DNA from: an uncultured delta proteobacterium
GTDB lineage: Bacteria; Desulfobacterota; Zymogenia; Zymogenales; Zymogenaceae
Assembly: GCA_963792965.1 (NCBI GenBank)
Contig: CAWBYW010000036.1
Location: forward strand, 1-22,967
Direction of reading: 5' to 3'
Length of the DNA stretch: 22,967 bases
Below the pieces are notes generated by a model that was given only the letters and a program-made list of their open reading frames with translations, was not told the DNA's origin and ran no database searches. A program made the position numbers and the translations under genes. Positions 8,281 through 16,214 of this stretch are shown one piece after another. Numbering within the stretch: the first letter of the stretch is position 1; each line of letters starts with the position of its first letter.

Positions 8281-9312
8281 GTGGCAAACCTCCTGATGAC
8301 ATCCCGATGCGTCCGCTCGTGCCCTTACTGCTTCGCCAAACGTGAGATGGACGACTCCGCCTCGGGCGGCGTTGTTTCCTGGGAAAACCTGATATACCTT
8401 ACCGATTTCCTGGCCGCATCCAATCAGGATCACATTTCTCTCCTCGGCGGTGAGCCCACACTTCATCCACAGTTCGTCGATATGGTGCTGTTCCTCCTTG
8501 AGCGCCGGTTTCACGTCACCGTATTCACCAGCGGCATCATGTCCGACAAACGCCTGGCCGAGCTGGCGGAGCACCTCGCCCCGCTGTCTGCCGAGCGGTT
8601 GAGCTTCGTCGTAAATCTCAACAACCCGGTTCAGACCCCCGCACCCGCCCACGAGAAGAGCCGTATCGAGCGGTTCCTCTCTCTGATGGGCCCCTGGTCG
8701 ACCCCGGGATTCAACATCTATCGGCCCGATTTCGATATCGAATTCCTGTTTGACCTCATCAGCCGTTACGGGATGAGACGGCACATTCGCCTCGGACTGG
8801 CATCCCCGATGCCCGGGGTGAGCAGCACATATATCCGCCCGGAAGAGGTCAGAGATATTGCCGCCAGGCTTTATACATTCAGCCCCCTCTTCGATCGGCT
8901 GGCGGTCAAGCCGGGGCTCGACTGCGGCTTTCCCCTGTGCGCATTTACCGACGAACAGCTCGGGTGGCTCACACGATATTCCGGCATGTTCAAGTTCGGC
9001 TGCGGCCCGGCCGTCGACCTGACCCCCGACCTGAACGTCTACGCATGTTTTCCCCTGTCGGGGTTTCATAAGAGGTCGCTGTTCGAGTTCGACTCCATGC
9101 ACCAGGTCAACGAGTTCTACATGGGGCTTTTCAACCGTATCCGCAGCGAGACGGCTGGTATCTATGAGGAGTGCGACGGCTGCGTCCACCGCGAGGAGGG
9201 GAGGTGTTCGGGAGGCGGCGCCTGCCAGGTGATGAACCGATTCGTGGGTGAAGCACCCGTGAGGCTTGTGGAGATAGAACGTGGGCTTTCCAAACCTTGT
9301 TTGTCCGTTTGA
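8281..9312 (+). CDS. Radical SAM protein with C-terminal SPASM/twitch-like Cys domain
   Basis: CVRSCPYC (CxxxCxxC), LLGGEPTLHP, CGFPLC, CGPAVDLTPDLNVYAC, CDGC...CSGGGAC. GGGGAG RBS before the GTG. Confidence 0.88.
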   Translation: MANLLMTSRCVRSCPYCFAKREMDDSASGGVVSWENLIYLTDFLAASNQDHISLLGGEPTLHPQFVDMVLFLLERRFHVTVFTSGIMSDKRLAELAEHLAPLSAERLSFVVNLNNPVQTPAPAHEKSRIERFLSLMGPWSTPGFNIYRPDFDIEFLFDLISRYGMRRHIRLGLASPMPGVSSTYIRPEEVRDIAARLYTFSPLFDRLAVKPGLDCGFPLCAFTDEQLGWLTRYSGMFKFGCGPAVDLTPDLNVYACFPLSGFHKRSLFEFDSMHQVNEFYMGLFNRIRSETAGIYEECDGCVHREEGRCSGGGACQVMNRFVGEAPVRLVEIERGLSKPCLSV

Positions 9313-10159
9313 TCAAGCGCTGATCGCGCGCCTTACCGATCGGGTAATCGTTCCCCGGGTCACGGACCCCTCCCTTATAGTTGACGCCGTGGGTCTTGTG
9401 CGCGCATCGACAAACCGCCTCTCCACGCTCATCCTCGACACCGGCCTTCCGGTAGCGGAAATACCCTTCAGCAAGGAGTGGGAAGGCGTGGCCCTGGCGG
9501 TCTTCGCCCCCTCGATGGGAAACTTTCGCGGGGTCGCCCGACACATCGAGTTGATCAGGCGCCTCGACCCCACGATCTACCTCCCGGTCGACAGCGGCGA
9601 GAACCTCTCGGCCCTTCGCGTACTCTCGTCGGTCGACGTCCGGTGCGCGGCTGTCTTCACGGGGCCCGGCCCGGTCGACTGGGAAGGGCTTTCCGATCTC
9701 ATGACCTACGCCATTCTCGGAACCGTCCCCCACGCATCGATCGAGCCCTTCGCCTATATCTCCGCCCGGTATCGAGCCGCCGGCTGGGTCAGGTGGGGCT
9801 CGGTCTTTTTTGACGATCCGCAGGACTTCTTCCACCTCGACAGAGAAGGGCGCGTGGCGCTGTCGGCCCGGGAGCTCGCCGAGGGAGCCTTCATCGAGGA
9901 AGACGTCGAGCGCCTCGACGATATCGCCAGCTACCCGGCCTACCGTCAGCGGATCGGCGTGCCGAAGGACATCTTCCTGGACTATCATCCCTGCTCGCGC
10001 TGCCCGGGGTGGCGCCTCTGCCTCGGGAGATTCGCGATCGGGTCGGAGGCACCGGAGGGGTGCGCCTCCTTTTTTAGCGAGATGATCGATCTCCTTCAGC
10101 AGTATCGGGGCCGTCAAAAGCAGTCGAAAAAGGAGCTCAATGACAACCGTCATCTTTAA
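9281..10159 (+). CDS. Radical SAM partner protein: no CxxxCxxC, C-terminal SPASM-like CxxC-x5-C...C cluster
   Basis: Overlaps both neighbours; ends HPCSRCPGWRLCLGRF...EGC; no SAM-cluster motif at the N-terminus. Confidence 0.7.
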   Translation: MGFPNLVCPFDQALIARLTDRVIVPRVTDPSLIVDAVGLVRASTNRLSTLILDTGLPVAEIPFSKEWEGVALAVFAPSMGNFRGVARHIELIRRLDPTIYLPVDSGENLSALRVLSSVDVRCAAVFTGPGPVDWEGLSDLMTYAILGTVPHASIEPFAYISARYRAAGWVRWGSVFFDDPQDFFHLDREGRVALSARELAEGAFIEEDVERLDDIASYPAYRQRIGVPKDIFLDYHPCSRCPGWRLCLGRFAIGSEAPEGCASFFSEMIDLLQQYRGRQKQSKKELNDNRHL

Positions 10160-12218
10160 GCCGACCGAGGCCTGCAACGGCAACTGTGTCTATTGTGAGG
10201 TGGTCAGGAAGGACCGCGAGCGGGGTGCACGGCTGCCCCAGGAGGCGCTCGAGCGATTCTTCATCAGGATCAATGAATTTCTCCTTGCGCGCCCGGAGGA
10301 GCGATTTCAGATCATCTGGCACGGCGGGGAGCCGCTGCTGTTGGGACCGGACTATTTCATGCGGGCCCATGAATACGAGAATAAGCACTGTCCCGAGACA
10401 AAAGATCGCATCACTCACGACATCCAGACCAACATCACCCTCTTCACGCGCGAATACGCGGAGGTATTCCGGACAATCGGGATAAGCCGGGTCAGCACGA
10501 GCTACGACCCGATCCCGGACGTTCGCGGGCTCGGGATTTCCACCGATTCGAAGGCCTATAATCGCCGCTTCATGGACGCGCTCTCGCTCCTCGACGAGGA
10601 GGGTTTCGACTGGGGGATGATCTATGTGGTCACCAAGCTGTCACTCGCGCACCCCCTCGATATCTTCTATTTCCTGACCAACCTCAATAAGACCGGTTCG
10701 GTCAAGTTCAACCCGATCTATTTCTACAAGCGGCGGATACAGGAGCTGGCGGTGACGCCCGAGGAGTTCGTCGAGTTTCTCGGCGCGATCTTTCCGGTCT
10801 GGTGGGAGCACCGGGAGCGTTTCCAGGGTACCCGGCCTTTTAACTCCTTTGTCGAGGCGATCATTGAAGGGAGCGGCGGCCTGGAATGCGCCGAGTCCGG
10901 GGCCTGCGCCGACTCACACTTTTCTCTGGGACCGTCCGGCACCTTTTCCCAGTGCGGTCGCTCCTCGGACTGGGGGCTTTTGGACTACGGTTCGGTCCAG
11001 GATCAGTCAATCGAGGCGGTATTCACCCACCCGCACAAGGAGCTATTCCGGTCACGATCACCCCGGCTCAAAGAGGGAGAGTGTAAGGGATGCCGATTCT
11101 GGGAGCTGTGTCACGGGGGATGTCCGCTGGACGCCTATGCCGAGACGGGTGATTGGCTAAAAAAATCTCCGCTCTGCGCCTATAGGAAGGGCTTCATCGA
11201 AAAGTACTTCGAGCCGATCACCGGGGTGCGCTACGAGCCGGACGCGCCAAGCCGCGTGCCCGAACCGGCGGACGAGCCAGCAGAGCCGAGCCGGGAAGTA
11301 AAGAAGATCGTGTCGTTCCCCTCCCCGCCGAAGAATAAACCCGTCTGGATCAATCCCTTCGGCGGACTTGGCGATACGGTGATCCTTTCCAGCGTCCTGA
11401 AGGCCGGGCTCGATAAAAACCCAAAAAGAAGGTTCAACGTAGTCGCCCGCACATCCTACGGCGAGCTGCTGCGGGGTCACCCGGCCGTCGACAAGATCGG
11501 GAATCCGCCCCCCGGCACTTATGTCGTCTCCACCGCCTATTGGGATCACCCCGACTTCGGCGGCCCCGGCGGGAGGCCCTTCGGTATTCTTTCCCGAATG
11601 CTCGGGCTTGATCTTCCTCAAGAGGGGCCCTTGTTCGTCCCGCCACCGATCGAGATCGACGAGCTCCTTGTCTCGCGCATCCCGTTTTCCGGCAGGAACG
11701 TCCTGATCTGCCCCTCCTGTTCTTCACCGCGGAAGGAGATGGAACTGAGCACCTGGGAGGCTGTGGTCACCGAGCTATCCGCGCAGGGGGTCTTCGTCGC
11801 CCAGGCAGGAAGGCGGCATGATCGCTACGTCCGGGGGGCTTTCAGCCTCCTCGGCGTCACCACCCCGCGTCAGCTCATTGCCCTCGTCTCAAGATTTGAC
11901 GCCATAGTGGCGACTGACAACTTCATGGGACCCGCTGCGCATCTGGTCGGGAGGCCGGCCGTCGTCCTCTGGGGGCCGACCGACCCGGCAACCTTCGGCT
12001 ACCCTTCCCAGACCCACCTGTTGGGGCACCGAATCTGCCAGAACCCCGAGGGATGCCTTGCCCGCGGACGGGCGACGCTCTATGCGACCCGCTGCCCCCT
12101 CGGGCCGTCTCACTGCATGAACCGGATAGAAGCCAACGCGATCGTCGCGGCGGTGAAAAAAGTCTTGGCGGGCGCCAGCGAGAAAGGAAAGGCGATCGGC
12201 ACCGGTCCTAAAACGTAA
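10140..12218 (+). CDS. Radical SAM/SPASM maturase fused to a C-terminal GT9 (heptosyltransferase-like) glycosyltransferase
   Basis: KPTEACNGNCVYC, IWHGGEPLL, IQTN, CAESGAC...QCGR...CKGCRFWELCHGGCP...LC; Pro-rich linker; then GGLGDTVILSSVL, SPRKE, TDNF...AAHLVGRPAVVLWGPTDP and a C-terminal Cys cluster typical of GT9. Confidence 0.88.
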   Translation: MTTVIFKPTEACNGNCVYCEVVRKDRERGARLPQEALERFFIRINEFLLARPEERFQIIWHGGEPLLLGPDYFMRAHEYENKHCPETKDRITHDIQTNITLFTREYAEVFRTIGISRVSTSYDPIPDVRGLGISTDSKAYNRRFMDALSLLDEEGFDWGMIYVVTKLSLAHPLDIFYFLTNLNKTGSVKFNPIYFYKRRIQELAVTPEEFVEFLGAIFPVWWEHRERFQGTRPFNSFVEAIIEGSGGLECAESGACADSHFSLGPSGTFSQCGRSSDWGLLDYGSVQDQSIEAVFTHPHKELFRSRSPRLKEGECKGCRFWELCHGGCPLDAYAETGDWLKKSPLCAYRKGFIEKYFEPITGVRYEPDAPSRVPEPADEPAEPSREVKKIVSFPSPPKNKPVWINPFGGLGDTVILSSVLKAGLDKNPKRRFNVVARTSYGELLRGHPAVDKIGNPPPGTYVVSTAYWDHPDFGGPGGRPFGILSRMLGLDLPQEGPLFVPPPIEIDELLVSRIPFSGRNVLICPSCSSPRKEMELSTWEAVVTELSAQGVFVAQAGRRHDRYVRGAFSLLGVTTPRQLIALVSRFDAIVATDNFMGPAAHLVGRPAVVLWGPTDPATFGYPSQTHLLGHRICQNPEGCLARGRATLYATRCPLGPSHCMNRIEANAIVAAVKKVLAGASEKGKAIGTGPKT

Positions 12219-12985
12219 TGCACCCCATCCTCTTCACCATCGGCCGTCACCTCGTCTACGGCTACGGTTTTTTCGTGACCCTCGGCTATCTCTCGGGCGT
12301 CGTACTCTTTCTCGCGCTCGTCGGCCGTGAGGGGCTCCCCGTCTGGACGGGAGTTGACCTCATCCTCTGGATGCTTCCCTCGGCCCTGATTGGGGCAAAG
12401 CTTCTCTTCATCGTAACCAACTGGGACGAATTCGTCATGCAGCCTTCCCCCACCGCGGGCGGCTGGTCCTTCCAGGGGGCGCTCCTCGGGGCGCTCGCCC
12501 TGGCCCTTTTCCTTTTCAGGAGGCGGCGGCTTGACGCTTGGCGGTGGCTCGACACCGCAGCGCCGTCGCTTGCGCTCGTCGCCGCAGTGGGCAGGATTGG
12601 GTGCCTCATGGCAGGCTGCTGCTACGGCTCCCCCACGAGTCTGCCCTGGGGCGTCGTCTTCACCAAATCGACGGTCGCCCCCCTCAACACCCCCCTGCAC
12701 CCGACCCAGGTCTACTACCTGATAGCAAATCTCGCCATATGTGTTACGCTGCTGGCGCGCAGGAGGACGGCGGCTTTTCGCGGAGAGCTGATTCTCCTGT
12801 TCGTCCTCCTCTACACGACCTCCCGCAGCATAATCGACCCCTTCCGGGGTGGTGTCGAAAAGACCTACCTGTGGGGCACCGTCACCGCCTACCAGATCAT
12901 CACGATCACCGCGATTATCGTCGTGGCTCTCCTCTACCTCCGAATGAGGGAGAGGAATAAGACGGAAGACCGGATCGCCGATTGA
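12218..12985 (+). CDS. lgt: Prolipoprotein diacylglyceryl transferase family protein (cluster-encoded Lgt)
   Basis: MHPILFTIG...YGFF, IGAKL, GGWSFQGA, LDTAAPSLAL...GRIGCLMAGCCYGSPTSLPWGVVF...LHPTQVY, RSIIDPFRG. TAATG coupling to the upstream gene. Confidence 0.88.
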   Translation: MHPILFTIGRHLVYGYGFFVTLGYLSGVVLFLALVGREGLPVWTGVDLILWMLPSALIGAKLLFIVTNWDEFVMQPSPTAGGWSFQGALLGALALALFLFRRRRLDAWRWLDTAAPSLALVAAVGRIGCLMAGCCYGSPTSLPWGVVFTKSTVAPLNTPLHPTQVYYLIANLAICVTLLARRRTAAFRGELILLFVLLYTTSRSIIDPFRGGVEKTYLWGTVTAYQIITITAIIVVALLYLRMRERNKTEDRIAD

Positions 12986-12995
12986 CCCGGATGTT

Positions 12996-13520
12996 CTAAC
13001 GACTCGGCTCGTTCACCGGCGGCTGGAACTGTCCATCCACGGGGCGCCAGCGGTCCGTGGATTTAGGATCGATATGGTAGCCGATGTCTTTTTCGTCGTC
13101 GAAGACGTGAAGGGGACGGAAGGCGTCGTTGTCGGTGATCTCCCAAATATCAAGGTTCGGGTCGTCGTCGAGGTTGGCCCAGGCCCGGGCGAGAAAGGCC
13201 GTGCAGTCGGCCGATATAATTGACCATTCGTAGCGGCGGGTCTTTGGCGGGGAAAAATCGAGCACTGCGGGATCCCGGGAAAAGCAGTGATGCGTCGCAT
13301 AGTAGCTCATCTCGGAGTCATAAAGGGACGCAAGGATATCTTCGGCTTCCTTCTGTTTTGGCTCGGTATAGGCGGATCGAAAAATAGGGATCGTGACGGC
13401 GAAAAAACCGACGGCAAGACAGATCAGGACGGCGGCTGCGATGAGTATGAGGGTCCTCGTATCTGTAAACCGGCTCGGTTTCTTGGAAGAATCGAAAGCT
13501 CGATCTTTCTTCTGAGGCAT
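12996..13520 (-). CDS. Type IV pilin-like membrane protein lacking the prepilin cleavage motif
   Basis: TM helix, then IPIF...KQKEAEDILASLYDSEMSYYA...DFSP...RY...FLARAWANLDDDPNLDIWEI, resembling the deltaproteobacterial PilA globular region. No G|FTLIE. Start at ATG 13520 is tentative. Confidence 0.6.
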   Translation of the reverse strand: MPQKKDRAFDSSKKPSRFTDTRTLILIAAAVLICLAVGFFAVTIPIFRSAYTEPKQKEAEDILASLYDSEMSYYATHHCFSRDPAVLDFSPPKTRRYEWSIISADCTAFLARAWANLDDDPNLDIWEITDNDAFRPLHVFDDEKDIGYHIDPKSTDRWRPVDGQFQPPVNEPSR

Positions 13521-13651
13521 GTCAATCCTGCCACGTCCTTCGTTAATCGACCGGTCCGACCATAACGGGTCGGCCGATCGTCGAGCCGCCCTGACGCCTG
13601 CCACAAGACAATATCAGCTCTGACCGTTACTCTTGCCCGACTTCGTCGCCC

Positions 13652-13945
13652 CTACGATCCCCCCTGCCCCGGGCCGGTCTCCCGGATGTAGCGCGTCAGA
13701 TCATCCCGTGCGGCCTCGGCCTCCGGCGAGAGCTTCTGGCCGCGAAAGGCGATCAACCCCTCAAAGTCGGCGACCCCCAGGAACTCCTCCGCCCCCTCAA
13801 TCAGGCCCGGGGGGATCTCGTCGAAGTTCCACTCGCGCGTCTTCAGATTGTAGTAGTAATACTTTCCGATGTCCAGCTCGTCGGTCATGATATGGATCAT
13901 CGGCTTTTCGATGATCTGGATGTAGCAGACCTTGAGGATCTTCAT
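13652..13945 (-). CDS. Small hypothetical protein
   Basis: AAAGGA RBS before the ATG; natural-looking composition (MKILKVCYIQIIEKPMIHIMTDELDIGKYYYYNL...); no family recognised. Confidence 0.6.
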   Translation of the reverse strand: MKILKVCYIQIIEKPMIHIMTDELDIGKYYYYNLKTREWNFDEIPPGLIEGAEEFLGVADFEGLIAFRGQKLSPEAEAARDDLTRYIRETGPGQGGS

Positions 13946-14085
13946 GATTGGGTGTCCTTTCCGTTCGCGGGAACGGTCTGCATCCCCTCGACTCCAAAGA
14001 CTTCCCCTCGGATGGGCGCTCTGCCTGTCGATGTCGCCGCGACATCGCCGCGACGGATTAATCTCTCTTTGGATGCCTCGGGCAT

Positions 14086-14114
14086 AAAAAAGGGGCGCTC
14101 ATCGCGCCCCTTTT
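14086..14114 (-). terminator. Rho-independent terminator after fadB
   Basis: GGGGCGC-5 nt-GCGCCCC stem (14092-14110), with an A6 run giving a U-tail on the minus strand and T4 on the other side. Confidence 0.8.
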
Positions 14115-14134
14115 GGTGGTCATGGACAATCCGT

Positions 14135-16177
14135 CTATTCCGCGGAGGCCAGAGTCTTTCCCGTTATCTTCTTGGAATAGCCCTTCTGATCTAAGTACTT
14201 GGTGATGCCGCCCATGAAGAAGGGCCAGCCCGCACCCATGATCATGCAGGTATCGATATCCTTGGCGTTGCTGACAACACCCTCATCGAGTATCATGCGG
14301 CACTCTTCGACCAGCGCCGTCAGGAAGCGGTCCAGCACGTCCTGCTGGGTGAACTTCTTGCTGCCGCGCGGCCAACCCTTCACGACGTCCGGATCCTCGT
14401 TGCCGTTCCAGTCGTAAACACCCGGTTTCTTGAGTTCGACCATCTTCTTGAAGCCCGGAGAGATGTAGAAGCGGTTCCCGAAGGCCTTCTGCAGCGTCTC
14501 GGCGACATGGAGCGCCACAGGGGGGCCCACCAGCGCTAACAGCGCGAACGGGCTCATGGGGAAGCCGAGGCTCACGCAGTAGCCGTCGATCTCCTTGAAC
14601 GAGTTATTGCTCTCGTCGATGATCTTCATGATCTCGCCCATCCAGCGGGTGAGGAGCCGGTTGACCAAAAACGCCGCCGAGTCCTTGACCAGGATGGAGG
14701 TCTTCTTGATCTTCTTGCCCATCGCAAAGGCCGTGGACAGCGTCACATCGTTGGTCTTGGCGCCCTTGACGATCTCGAGTAGCGGCATGACGGCCACGGG
14801 GTTGAAGAAGTGGAAACCGACCACGCGCTCGGGGTTCTTCAGGTCCTTGGCCATCTCGGTGATGGAGAGCGAGGAGGTGTTGGTGGCCAGGATGGTCTCG
14901 GGCTTGATGTGCGACTCCACCTCGGCGAAGACTTTCTTCTTGAGGGGCATCTCTTCCAGCACGGCCTCGATGATGTAGTTGCAGTCGCCGAAGTCCTTGT
15001 AGTCCAGCGTTCCCTTGACCAGTGATTTCATCCAGATGCCCTTGCCCTCATTGACCTTTCCCTTCTTGACGAGCTTATCCACTTGGTCATGCACGTACTT
15101 GAGGCCCTTGTCGACGAATTCCTGCTTGATATCCTTGATAACGATGGGGCACTCGTAGCGCTGCAGGAACAGGGTTGCGATCTGCGCGCCCATGAGCCCG
15201 GCCCCGATAACGCCGATCCTGGTGATCTTGGCGGGGGGAACTTCCGGCACGCCGACCGGCTTTTTGGCCCGCCGCTGCACGAGGTCGAAGCTGTAGACGC
15301 CGGCCCGGCACTGATCGCTGATGATCAGGTCTCCGAGCGCCTTGCTCTCTTCGTCAAAGCCCTTGTCCAAGCTCCAGTCCTTGCCGCCCTTGATGAGCTC
15401 CAGCGCCCGGTAGGGGGCGATCGCGGCTCCGTGGACCTGGCCGTCGATGAAGTCTTTTGTCTTCTTGTACAGCTCGTCGAAGCCCGCCCAGTCGGCGGCC
15501 TTCCGGTCGATCTTTACCTTACCCTCGATAATGTCGACCAGTAAATCAAAGGACATATCGTAGAACTCACCGTTGGGGAATATCTTGTCGGCGATGCCAA
15601 GCTCTACCATATCCTTGGCTTTGATCATCTTGTTGCGGTTAAGTGGATTGTTGATGATGATCTGGATCGCCTTTTCCGGTCCGATCAGCTTGGGGAGCAG
15701 CTGGGTGCCGCCCCATCCGGGGACGAGACCCAGGAAGCACTCCGGCAAAGCCGCGATACCGACGGCGTCGGAGACGCTGCGGTATTTACAGTAAAGTGCA
15801 ATCTCCATCCCTCCGCCCATGATGGCGCCGTTGATGGCGGCAAGCGTCGGGAACTTGAAGTCGAGGATCTTCTTCATCGCATCGTGGCCGGCCTTACCGG
15901 TCATATAGCCGTCGTCGAAGTTCTTGATGTCGGCGGTGCCGTCCAAATCCGCGCCGACGGCGAAGATGAAGGGCTTACCCACGAGCATCATTCCCTTCAC
16001 ATCCTTTTCCCCGTTGATCTTGTTTATCGTCTCCGTTAGTGAGGTCAGTCCTCCGAGGCCGAAGGTGTTGGGTTTGGTGTAGTTCTCGCCGTTGTCCATC
16101 GTGACGACGGCGATTTTTCCCGCACGGGATTTATTAAACGTCACATTGAATTTCGTGACTAATTCTTGATAGGCCAT
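14135..16177 (-). CDS. fadB: Enoyl-CoA hydratase / 3-hydroxyacyl-CoA dehydrogenase multifunctional subunit (FadB/FadJ-like)
   Basis: FAVGADL, AINGAIMGGGMEIAL, LPECFLGLVPGWGGTQLLP, GVIGAGLMG, IEAVLE, ATNTSSLSI, GFHFFNPV. Confidence 0.9.
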   Translation of the reverse strand: MAYQELVTKFNVTFNKSRAGKIAVVTMDNGENYTKPNTFGLGGLTSLTETINKINGEKDVKGMMLVGKPFIFAVGADLDGTADIKNFDDGYMTGKAGHDAMKKILDFKFPTLAAINGAIMGGGMEIALYCKYRSVSDAVGIAALPECFLGLVPGWGGTQLLPKLIGPEKAIQIIINNPLNRNKMIKAKDMVELGIADKIFPNGEFYDMSFDLLVDIIEGKVKIDRKAADWAGFDELYKKTKDFIDGQVHGAAIAPYRALELIKGGKDWSLDKGFDEESKALGDLIISDQCRAGVYSFDLVQRRAKKPVGVPEVPPAKITRIGVIGAGLMGAQIATLFLQRYECPIVIKDIKQEFVDKGLKYVHDQVDKLVKKGKVNEGKGIWMKSLVKGTLDYKDFGDCNYIIEAVLEEMPLKKKVFAEVESHIKPETILATNTSSLSITEMAKDLKNPERVVGFHFFNPVAVMPLLEIVKGAKTNDVTLSTAFAMGKKIKKTSILVKDSAAFLVNRLLTRWMGEIMKIIDESNNSFKEIDGYCVSLGFPMSPFALLALVGPPVALHVAETLQKAFGNRFYISPGFKKMVELKKPGVYDWNGNEDPDVVKGWPRGSKKFTQQDVLDRFLTALVEECRMILDEGVVSNAKDIDTCMIMGAGWPFFMGGITKYLDQKGYSKKITGKTLASAE

Positions 16178-16214
16178 CTCATTACCTCCAGAATGTCAGC
16201 ATGTTAGTGATGAA

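Noticed and set aside
8026-10183. Long minus-strand ORFs 8026..9189 and 9131..10183
   Set aside because: Antisense to motif-bearing radical SAM genes, with no recognisable motifs; expected in GC-rich DNA.
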